Positions 56,524 through 64,000 of a stretch of DNA of 64,000 nucleotides are shown piece by piece. The stretch covers positions 5,467 through 69,466 of the forward strand of contig LBRD01000001.1 of the NCBI GenBank assembly GCA_000991245.1, written 5' to 3'. The notes under the pieces were generated by a model. That model was given only the letters and a program-made list of their open reading frames with translations. It was not told the origin of the DNA and made no database searches. The number at the start of each line of letters is the position of its first letter. Position 1 is the first letter of the stretch. The stretch comes from Parcubacteria group bacterium GW2011_GWC1_36_108. GTDB lineage: Bacteria; Patescibacteriota; Minisyncoccia; Moranbacterales; GWC2-37-73. The translations under genes and the position numbers were made by a program.

Positions 56524-57099
56524 TTATAGTTCAATTCTAGACATCTCACTAACTTCAATTTTTTCTCCCATTTTTCCAATAGCTGCTACGATTAATTCAT
56601 TGATTGTAATTTCAGGATTTTTAACAAAAGATTGAGTTAAAAGTGCCGATTCTTCTCTGAATTTCTTTTCTTTTCCTGCCATAATTTTTTCAATCATTTC
56701 CGCAGGTTTTTTCTCCGTTTCCAAAAGTGCGCGCCAAATTTCTTTTTCTTTTTCAATCAATTCGGTTGGCACATCTTCCGGTTTAATGAATTTTGGACTC
56801 ATAGCTGTTATATGCATTGCGATGTCCTTAGCAAGCGCAACAAACTCTTCATTACGAGCAACGAAATCAGTTTCACAAAGCAATTTAACCAAAGCGCCAA
56901 CCTTATTTGAATGTACATAAGAAACAACAACGCCTTCTTTTGTAACGCGATCTGCCTTTTTAGCAGCCTTGCTTTCTCCCTGCTTACGAAGAATTTCGAT
57001 TGCCTTTTCCTCATCTCCACCAGCCTCATCAACAGCCTTTTTAATAGCAACCATTCCAGCCCCAGTACGCTCTCTAATTTTTTTTACTAGTTCAAACAT
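56524..57099 (-). CDS. tsf: Elongation factor Ts (short form)
   Basis: VKKIRERTGAGM, CETDFVAR, DIAMHI motifs. Confidence 0.96.
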   Translation of the reverse strand: MFELVKKIRERTGAGMVAIKKAVDEAGGDEEKAIEILRKQGESKAAKKADRVTKEGVVVSYVHSNKVGALVKLLCETDFVARNEEFVALAKDIAMHITAMSPKFIKPEDVPTELIEKEKEIWRALLETEKKPAEMIEKIMAGKEKKFREESALLTQSFVKNPEITINELIVAAIGKMGEKIEVSEMSRIEL

Positions 57100-57213
57100 A
57101 TTTTTTTATGATACTAATGATGCGAATATTATGCTAATACACAAATATGCGAATTATTTGCGTCATTCGTATATTTGCATCATTTGCATTCATTTGCGTA
57201 TTAGTATTTTTAT

Positions 57214-57975
57214 TTAAGCCTCAATAATTGCCTTATAAACATAAGAAAGAATAAGCCTGAGAGATGAAATTGCATCATCATTTGCAGGAATCGGGAAATC
57301 AACTTGTGATGGATCAATATTTGTATCAGCAATTGCAATCACAGGAATACCCATTTTCTTAGCTTCAGTAATTGCTAAATTATCTTCCTTTATACTTGCA
57401 GCAAATACTGCACCTGGAAGATCTGCCATATTTTTAATACCACCCATTCTTTTTTCCATTTTTTCTAATTCTTCCATTTTCTTCATCTGTTCAAATTTTG
57501 TGTATTTCTTGAATTCACCACGTGCCAACATTCCCTCGCTATCAACTAAATATCGAGTTCGTCCGCGAATAACCTTAAAGTTTGTAAATGTTCCACCAAG
57601 CCATCTTTCACTAACAAACGGCATCTGCAAAGCTCCTGCTAAATCTCTCACAAGCTCTTTAGATTGAATTTTTGTTCCAACAAAAAGAATTGCTTTACCA
57701 CTTTTCTTCACACCCACAAGAAAATCAAGCGCCTCTTGGATTTTTTCCTGAGTCTTTTGAAGATCAATAATGTTGATTCCTTTACGAGTTGTAAAGATGT
57801 ATTCATCCATTTTTGGGTTTCGGCGAGCTTTTTGATGACCAAAATGCACACCAGCCTTCATCATTTCCTCAAGACTTTGCTCAATTTTAGACACGTCAAG
57901 AGAAGCGAAATAGCTTTCTCGCACTTCTTTTTCCTCTGCAGCAGCCGGAGCTACTTGAGTAGTTTCATTTTGCAT
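57214..57975 (-). CDS. rpsB: 30S ribosomal protein S2
   Basis: AGVHFGH, RWLGGTFTNF, DTN, PANDD motifs. Confidence 0.97.
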   Translation of the reverse strand: MQNETTQVAPAAAEEKEVRESYFASLDVSKIEQSLEEMMKAGVHFGHQKARRNPKMDEYIFTTRKGINIIDLQKTQEKIQEALDFLVGVKKSGKAILFVGTKIQSKELVRDLAGALQMPFVSERWLGGTFTNFKVIRGRTRYLVDSEGMLARGEFKKYTKFEQMKKMEELEKMEKRMGGIKNMADLPGAVFAASIKEDNLAITEAKKMGIPVIAIADTNIDPSQVDFPIPANDDAISSLRLILSYVYKAIIEA

Positions 57976-58146
57976 ATTTTTTTACCCTAACCAAATCTCC
58001 CCAAAAATGAGGCTTTCTGGCGCGAGTTTCCTTTATGTCGCAGAGCGACCACCTACTTTTTCCCTTTTATTAGCCAGAAATCTCAATTTTTGAGACAGGA
58101 CTAGCCAGAAAAAGTATGCTTTTTGTTAATTAGTAATACAAGACTC

Positions 58147-58175
58147 AGTATAGCGCAGGACCCACCCCTTGTCAA
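58147..58175 (-). promoter_or_regulatory. Sigma70 promoter of rpsB-tsf with a long structured leader
   Basis: TTGACA-N17-TATACT, about 170 nt upstream of rpsB. Confidence 0.75.
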
Positions 58176-58280
58176 TTTTCTCTTACTATGTTAGGCTTTC
58201 TGAGTACTTAATTCGCATTTCCATATTTACACGTTTGTATATTTGTAAATTTGTAACTTTATTCGTAATTTGTAGAATAT

Positions 58281-58526
58281 ATGAAAAAGAAAATTCACCC
58301 TGAATATCACAGCGATGCAAAAATTATTTGCTCTTGTGGAGCAACACTGCAAACAGGTTCGACATTGAAAGAAATGAATGTTGAAATCTGCTCAGCTTGT
58401 CATCCTTTTTACACTGGTAAAAAGAAAGTCCTCGACACAACAGGACGCGTTGATCGCTTCAAAAAACTTGCTGAAAAGGCAGCAGCCAAAAAAGTTGCTC
58501 CAAAGAAAGCACGAGTTAAGAAATAA
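58281..58526 (+). CDS. rpmE: 50S ribosomal protein L31
   Basis: [31 protein letters not shown] motifs. Confidence 0.97.
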   Translation: MKKKIHPEYHSDAKIICSCGATLQTGSTLKEMNVEICSACHPFYTGKKKVLDTTGRVDRFKKLAEKAAAKKVAPKKARVKK

Positions 58527-58548
58527 GACAAACATCTTCTTAAAATTA

Positions 58549-58575
58549 AAAAGGAGTCCGAAAGGACTCCTTTTT
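58549..58575. terminator. Bidirectional intrinsic terminator
   Basis: aaaaggagtcc-gaaa-ggactcctttt. Confidence 0.85.
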
Positions 58576-58822
58576 AAAATACCCAGTAATTCACAACACC
58601 AAACAAAGTTACCAAGCAGAAAAACACAGTATTAACAAATATACCGATTTGTCCAGCTTGTTTGTAAGCTTTCCATGAAGAATAAAGCCAAAACGGCTGT
58701 GAAGCTAATGCTAACACCAAACCATACTTTGGAAATTTAAGTGCAATTGCTAATTGCCCACCAAGCGTCAAAGCTGGAAGAGCAACTTGTGTCATAGTAT
58801 TAAATATTTTTTTATTTTTCAT
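58574..58822 (-). CDS. Small membrane protein (about 3 TM)
   Basis: True start probably MKNKK, since the longer call overlaps prfA; QPFWLY..WKA motif. Confidence 0.65.
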   Translation of the reverse strand: MKNKKIFNTMTQVALPALTLGGQLAIALKFPKYGLVLALASQPFWLYSSWKAYKQAGQIGIFVNTVFFCLVTLFGVVNYWVF

Positions 58823-58883
58823 AAGTGTTTGACTTTTCCCTTTTTTAAAGCTAAAATTATAGCTGTATTGTAACAAAAAATCA

Positions 58884-59957
58884 ATGAAATCACAATTAGA
58901 TGCAATTAAAAAGGAATATGATGAAATAACAGCCGAGCTAAGTTCTCCGGAGATTTTTAATGATGCCAAAAAAATGGCGCAGCTTGGCAAGCGTCAAAGT
59001 GAGCTTCAAGGCTTGATGCAAAAAATCAATGAATATGAAAAAATTGAGCAAGAAATGAAAGGCAATGCCGAAATTATGAACACCGACGACGACGCAGAGA
59101 TGAAGGAAATGGCAACGACTGAAAATATTGAACTAGCAAAAAGAAAAGCTGAGATTGAAAAAGAACTTGAAGTTATGCTTTTGCCAAAAGATCCTAATGA
59201 TGACAAAAACATTATTGTGGAAATTCGTGGTGGCGCAGGTGGAGATGAGTCAGCCCTTTTTGCTGCCAGTCTTTTTCGTATGTATTCCAAGTTTGCCGAG
59301 AAAAACAATTGGAAACTGGATGTGTTAAATTCAAATCGCACAGAATTAGGAGGCTTCAAGGAAGTTGTTTTCGAAATTAACGGAACACCTTCAAACCCAG
59401 TTTATCAAAAAATGAAATTCGAATCTGGAGTGCATCGAGTGCAAAGAATTCCTGAAACAGAGAAACAAGGTCGCATCCACACCTCAACTGCAACCGTGGC
59501 TGTTCTCGCTGAAGCTGAAGAAGTTGATTTGGTTATCAGTGAAAATGATTTGCGAATCGACACTTTTTGCTCATCCGGTCCTGGAGGACAATCAGTAAAC
59601 ACCACCAAAAGCGCCGTGCGTATTACCCATATTCCAACTGGCGTGGTTGTTTCCTGCCAAGATGAAAAATCTCAACTAAAAAACAAAGACAAAGCTATGA
59701 AAGTTTTGCGCTCTCGCCTTTTGCAAGCCGAAGAAGAAAGAAAAGCAAAAGAACTGGGAGATGCTCGCAAAAGCCAAGTTGGAACCGGCGACCGCTCTGA
59801 AAAAATCAGAACTTATAATTATCCACAAGATCGCATCACTGACCATCGCATCAAACAATCTTGGAGCAATATGGAAGGAATTTTGGATGGCAATATCGAC
59901 CCTATTATTGAAGCTATCCGAGAAGAAGACACGAGACTTAAGATGACGACATCTTAA
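58884..59957 (+). CDS. prfA: Peptide chain release factor 1
   Basis: [18 protein letters not shown] (PxT), GPGGQ, RTYNYPQ motifs. Confidence 0.97.
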   Translation: MKSQLDAIKKEYDEITAELSSPEIFNDAKKMAQLGKRQSELQGLMQKINEYEKIEQEMKGNAEIMNTDDDAEMKEMATTENIELAKRKAEIEKELEVMLLPKDPNDDKNIIVEIRGGAGGDESALFAASLFRMYSKFAEKNNWKLDVLNSNRTELGGFKEVVFEINGTPSNPVYQKMKFESGVHRVQRIPETEKQGRIHTSTATVAVLAEAEEVDLVISENDLRIDTFCSSGPGGQSVNTTKSAVRITHIPTGVVVSCQDEKSQLKNKDKAMKVLRSRLLQAEEERKAKELGDARKSQVGTGDRSEKIRTYNYPQDRITDHRIKQSWSNMEGILDGNIDPIIEAIREEDTRLKMTTS

Positions 59958-60022
59958 GAATTTTTAATTTTTAATTTTTAATTTTTAATCAATTTCCAAT
60001 GATTAAATTTTTAAATTAAATA

Positions 60023-60952
60023 ATGCTTACCATTCAGGAAATTACCGAGGCATACAAAAATAAGATTGATTTTTTAGATCTTGAAATATTAATTGCAAAT
60101 TCCCTCAAGAAAACGAGGGAATTTGTTTTAACGCATCCAGAATACAAATTAACAAAATTTCAAATTTCAAATTTCAAATTTCAAATTAATCGTCGCCTCA
60201 AAGGAGAGCCGATCGCCTACATCCTTGGTCATAAGGAATTTTATGGATTGGATTTTATCGTCAATAAACATACACTAGTTCCAAGACCAGAAACAGAACT
60301 ACTCGTTGAGCTGGTGCTCAACGAAATTTCCAATTTCCAATTTCCAATTTCCAATTTAGGAATTGTTGACATTGGGACAGGATCTGGAAATATTATTATT
60401 TCAATTGCACACGCCATACAGCATGGAGCATGGAGCATGAAGCAAAAAAATACCACAACATTTTTAGCATCAGATATCAGCAAGGAAGCATTAACTATTG
60501 CCAAAAAAAATGCAAGATTAAATGGCGTTGATAAAAAAATCAAATTCCTCCACGGAGATTTGTTAAAACCATTCTTAAAAGCTAAAAAGCTAATGCCTAA
60601 TAAGCTAATTATCACCGCTAATCTACCATATTTATCAAAAGATATTTATGAAAGCGCACCGATTGATGTAAAAAAATTCGAACCAAAATCAGCATTATAC
60701 AGTCCTGAAGAAGGACTACAGCATTATCGAGAACTATTAGAACAAATAAAAAAACTCTCCGTCATCAGTCATCAGTCATCAGTCATTCTGTTTTTGGAAT
60801 TTAGCCCTGAACAAAAAATATTGCTCGCAAAACTCATCAAAAGCATTTTCCCAAAAACCAAACCCGAATTCAAAAAAGACCTAGCTGGTAAATGGAGAGT
60901 GTGTAAAGTAACCATCCATACTTCTCCCTCTCCTTATCAAAGAAGAGATTGA
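60023..60952 (+). CDS. prmC: Release factor glutamine methyltransferase with heptamer-repeat insertions
   Basis: GEPIAYI, PRPETE, DIGTGSG, NLPY motifs; follows prfA. Confidence 0.93.
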   Translation: MLTIQEITEAYKNKIDFLDLEILIANSLKKTREFVLTHPEYKLTKFQISNFKFQINRRLKGEPIAYILGHKEFYGLDFIVNKHTLVPRPETELLVELVLNEISNFQFPISNLGIVDIGTGSGNIIISIAHAIQHGAWSMKQKNTTTFLASDISKEALTIAKKNARLNGVDKKIKFLHGDLLKPFLKAKKLMPNKLIITANLPYLSKDIYESAPIDVKKFEPKSALYSPEEGLQHYRELLEQIKKLSVISHQSSVILFLEFSPEQKILLAKLIKSIFPKTKPEFKKDLAGKWRVCKVTIHTSPSPYQRRD

Positions 60953-60976
60953 TAATGAAAAAATCATTAGATGCCA

Positions 60977-61010
60977 AACTAAAACCCGCCAAATTGGCGG
61001 GTTTTAGTTT
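60977..61010. terminator. Bidirectional intrinsic terminator
   Basis: aactaaaacccgcc-aaatt-ggcgggttttagtt. Confidence 0.85.
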
Positions 61011-61069
61011 GTTGATATATTTAGGCTTACAATGAAGCCAAAAAATAAAAAACATGTATCAAAAGAAAA

Positions 61070-61240
61070 CTATTTTCGTTTCTTTGCTACTTTTCTTTTT
61101 GCAACTTTCTTTACAGCTTTTTTTGGAGCTGCTTTTTTAACTGCTTTTTTTACAGTTTTAACTGCTTTTTTTACAGCTTTCTTTGCAACTTTTTTAACTA
61201 CTTTTTTTGCAACTTTCTTTTTTGCTTTTTTAACTGCCAT
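61070..61240 (-). CDS. Histone H1-like Lys/Ala/Val-rich small protein (56 aa, not in ORF track)
   Basis: MAVKKAKKKVAKKVVKKVAKKAVKKAVKTVKKAVKKAAPKKAVKKVAKRKVAKKRK; strong AAGGAGGT SD; terminator downstream. Confidence 0.85.
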   Translation of the reverse strand: MAVKKAKKKVAKKVVKKVAKKAVKKAVKTVKKAVKKAAPKKAVKKVAKRKVAKKRK

Positions 61241-61300
61241 GGTAAAACACCTCCTTTCGTAAATTTGCTCTTATACGAATATCTAGCAAGACTCATTTGT

Positions 61301-61371
61301 CCCGCACCACCTCTTTTGATTTGCCTGCCTGCCGATGAGGCAGGAGTTGCAATCATCAGAAAAGGTGCGGG
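61301..61371. repeat. Nested palindrome CCCGCACC...GGTGCGGG enclosing a CCTGCCT...GGCAGG unit
   Basis: Inverted arms visible in the leader of the H1-like gene. Confidence 0.55.
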
Positions 61372-61836
61372 CCAAAGTCTAAAGTTCTAAATACTTTTTC
61401 AGAAAACAAATATTTTTAATTTTTAATTTTTGCTTTTAATGTTTTTATTTCACAGAAAAATTATTTTCAAAAAATCTTTTTTCCATTACCTTAATTATAG
61501 TGGATATTTTTTAAAAAGCAATGCAAAAAAGTTATCCACAGCGTCACAAAATTTTAAATTTTAACTTTTAAATTTTAAAGAACATTTTAACACCATATCC
61601 ACTATCTTATCTCACATTATATTTATACATCTATCTTGAAATAAAATTTCTAAAAAATATTTTCTACGCAGACTTTTTTTGAAAAAAATATTTTTTAACC
61701 TTTTTTATTTTTCAATACATTATATTTTTATAAAAAATATTTTATTCAAACTTTATTATAAATTATAAACCAATAATTTTACATCAATTTATATTATTTT
61801 TATTGTTATATGCTATATGTTATGTGTTGTATGTTT

Positions 61837-61877
61837 ACCCCGTTAAATTGTGGTACTCCACAATATTTAACTGGGGT
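61837..61877. repeat. CCCCGTTAAAT palindromic repeat, copy 6
   Basis: accccgttaaat-tgtggtactccacaat-atttaactggggt, embedded in a TGTTATA array. Confidence 0.85.
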
Positions 61878-62108
61878 TATATGTTTTATGCTTTATTACG
61901 CCAAAAAACAGGCTTTTTGTCTAGTTGACGCTCAAATTTGGCTAAGATACAATGAAAAGACTAAAGGAAGAATTTGTCTCCTAAAGCGATTGAAATCGCC
62001 AGAGGCGGATAAAGCTTCAACGAAAGCGCCCTTTGACAATTAATCATTCAATTCCTGCATCCTCTCACTGGACGCGGGATTAAACTAGAAAGGAAGGTGA
62101 AATCACAT

Positions 62109-62705
62109 ATGGAAGAATACACACCAGAAACAGAAACCCAAGAAGAAAAATCTGAACAACTAAAAAGATGGTTTCAAGATAATCTTCGCATTATCATCAG
62201 TGTTGCAATCGTTATTATCATTGCCGGAGGAATTTATTCATATTCAAAAAGAACAGATTCTCCTATCGTAGCTGATCAAGAACAAGCAACTGAAGAAAAC
62301 GACACAACCACTGACGAAGAAAAAGTTGCTGACAAAACAGAAGAGGCAAAAGTAACAGAAAACAAAGACACCAAGCCAGCTGTTTCTCCTGCTCAAACAA
62401 GCAAAGAAACTGAGGTTTCATTCGTTGAAACTGCAGGTAAAGGTGACGGATTGACTGTTCTTGCTCGTAGAGCAACTGCGAATTATCTCGAAAAAAACCA
62501 GGATTCAACTTTGACAAAAGAACACAAGATCTACATCGAAGATTACCTAAGAAAAGCTGTTGGTCAAAAAGGTGGCGTTCGCGTTGGAACAAACGTAGAA
62601 TTTTCAAAAGATTTGATCCAAAAAGCAATTGCTGCATCTAAGACACTTAATGAAAACCAATTGAAAAATCTTCAAAAATATTCAGCTCGAGTTTCTTCAC
62701 TCTAA
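62109..62705 (+). CDS. Membrane-anchored extracytoplasmic protein (possible LysM-like domain)
   Basis: TM segment, acidic linker, ETAGKGDGLTVLARR; AAGGAAGGTG SD upstream. Confidence 0.7.
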   Translation: MEEYTPETETQEEKSEQLKRWFQDNLRIIISVAIVIIIAGGIYSYSKRTDSPIVADQEQATEENDTTTDEEKVADKTEEAKVTENKDTKPAVSPAQTSKETEVSFVETAGKGDGLTVLARRATANYLEKNQDSTLTKEHKIYIEDYLRKAVGQKGGVRVGTNVEFSKDLIQKAIAASKTLNENQLKNLQKYSARVSSL

Positions 62706-62776
62706 TAAGTGAAAAAGTTTAAGCAAATATTTGTTTCATAAAATTGTTCTTTTCCGGAAAAGATATTTATAACATA

Positions 62777-62799
62777 AAACCCCGCCAAAGCGGGGTTTT
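62777..62799. terminator. Bidirectional intrinsic terminator
   Basis: aaaaccccgc-caaa-gcggggtttt. Confidence 0.8.
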
Positions 62800-62817
62800 A
62801 TGTTGTCTGTTTTTATT

Positions 62818-64000
62818 TTAGGACTTACGCATTTTCTCAAAAGCAATGGAGTCGCCAACTTCAATACCCAAATCATCCACTGTGCCAGCGTTAAGCTCCA
62901 AAACCTTATCTGCATCGCTATTTGGGATAAGAATGCCAACCAAGTCAGGTTTGATATTTTTTTCAATATAAACAATTTCATTTTTTGAAATCCACAAAAT
63001 ATCCAGAGGAAATTGCATATTCTTCATCCAAAATGTATGTTGCGAAGACTTTTGAAATTCAAAAAGCATACCGCAATTCTCACACATATCAACCCTACCG
63101 CCCAGTCCTTTTTGCATTTTTTGACTGCTGGAAACAAATTCGGCATAAAAAATATTATTTTTAATATTAACAGGAACAATTCGATTGCCAGCAAAAGAAT
63201 ATACCCTTTTTGACACATAACCAATCGCAAACACAAAAATAACAAGGGCTAACATCAACAATGCTATTTTTTTAATTTTCATTTTTCTGCGAATAATCAC
63301 AAAAAACACAAGTATAACCATTGTAACGAGAAAAAGTGCAATCATTTTTTCCAAAGCTTGCGTATTAAGCGCTATAAATGCAACTAATGCAGTTATTACG
63401 TAATAAAAAAGACAAATGTTTCTTTGCGACCATCCAAGTTCAAGCAGCCTAAAATGCAGGTGTCGCCTATCCCCAGAGAAAATTGAAGCTCCCGCTTTGA
63501 AGCGTTCACCAATAACCCAAAGTGCATCGATAATAGGTACGGCCAGCACAAGCAAGGTGGTTGCTATTTTTGCTCCAGCAAAAATAGCCAGAACCGCCAA
63601 AATAAAACCTATAAACATTGAGCCGCTACTCCCGGCTAAAATTTTTGCGGGATAAAAATTAAAAAGCAAAAAGGCAACCAGACCACCCGCAAAAACAGCC
63701 GCAATAATTCCAATAGGCGGTTGATTAACTTCCGGCCTTAAACTTAAAAAGAAAATCGCTACGATTCCAATAAGTGCCACACCCCCAGCCACACCATCAA
63801 TTCCATCAACCCAATTCATCGCATTCATAAGAAAAATAATCCAGATAGTGGAAATCAAAAAACCAAATACATATCCCCAACCAGCATCAAGCACCAGCAC
63901 TCCACCAAAAGGATTTGTCACATATTCAAGATGTACGCCCATAATATACACAAAAATCACAATCAAAAATTGAAAGAAGAGTTGTTTTTTCCATGCTATT
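62818..64000 (-). CDS. WecA/TagO (MraY-family) transferase fused to DUF192; 5' end beyond window
   Basis: MNAMNWVDGIDG, FNFYPAKI, DRRHLHFRL, then GLGGR...GMLFEF...FWMKNMQFPLDILWI...VLELNAG. Confidence 0.85.
   Translation of the reverse strand, partial: IAWKKQLFFQFLIVIFVYIMGVHLEYVTNPFGGVLVLDAGWGYVFGFLISTIWIIFLMNAMNWVDGIDGVAGGVALIGIVAIFFLSLRPEVNQPPIGIIAAVFAGGLVAFLLFNFYPAKILAGSSGSMFIGFILAVLAIFAGAKIATTLLVLAVPIIDALWVIGERFKAGASIFSGDRRHLHFRLLELGWSQRNICLFYYVITALVAFIALNTQALEKMIALFLVTMVILVFFVIIRRKMKIKKIALLMLALVIFVFAIGYVSKRVYSFAGNRIVPVNIKNNIFYAEFVSSSQKMQKGLGGRVDMCENCGMLFEFQKSSQHTFWMKNMQFPLDILWISKNEIVYIEKNIKPDLVGILIPNSDADKVLELNAGTVDDLGIEVGDSIAFEKMRKS

Noticed and set aside
61032-61262. 76-aa Phe/Ala/Thr-rich plus-strand ORF
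   Set aside because: Antisense shadow of the Lys-rich minus-strand gene, which has the SD and terminator.

Overview
AT-rich bacterial chromosome segment, most likely from a Patescibacteria/CPR (Parcubacteria-like) genome. This is inferred from compact housekeeping genes, a dimeric-type GlyRS, a standalone PaaX/Cas2-like gene, a tRNA-linked HTH-LAGLIDADG-like gene and several leaderless-looking promoters. Most genes are on the minus strand. The backbone is eno (partial), pgk, mraY, a D,D-carboxypeptidase, scpB/scpA, aspS, ispH, proS, glyQS, a DEAD-box helicase, rpmG, four tRNAs (Trp, Thr x2, Tyr), ricT, tsf, rpsB, rpmE, prfA, prmC and a WecA/TagO-DUF192 fusion. Three accessory regions interrupt it. 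(1) A ~12 kb block splits scpA from scpB. It holds a nucleotidyltransferase, the PaaX/Cas2-like gene, a NUDIX hydrolase, an AbrB-like gene, a 1175-aa protein, a DpnII-type R-M cluster and Fic. Its gene junctions carry an identical 31-bp hairpin repeat (x3) and a tandem ACGT palindrome (x5). (2) A sensor kinase/YkgJ/GNAT/SpeD cluster. (3) A region from ~32 to 53 kb with a duplicated ATM1-like exporter, defence-like ORFs and stress genes. Notable non-coding signals are a glycine T-box riboswitch with an atypical 5' domain, structured elements with tRNA 3'-end duplications behind tRNA-Trp and tRNA-Tyr, a MITE-like insert with an empty-site control, dispersed palindrome families, and heptamer tandem repeats inserted in frame in prmC. 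All family assignments come from motif recognition by eye; no database searches were run.
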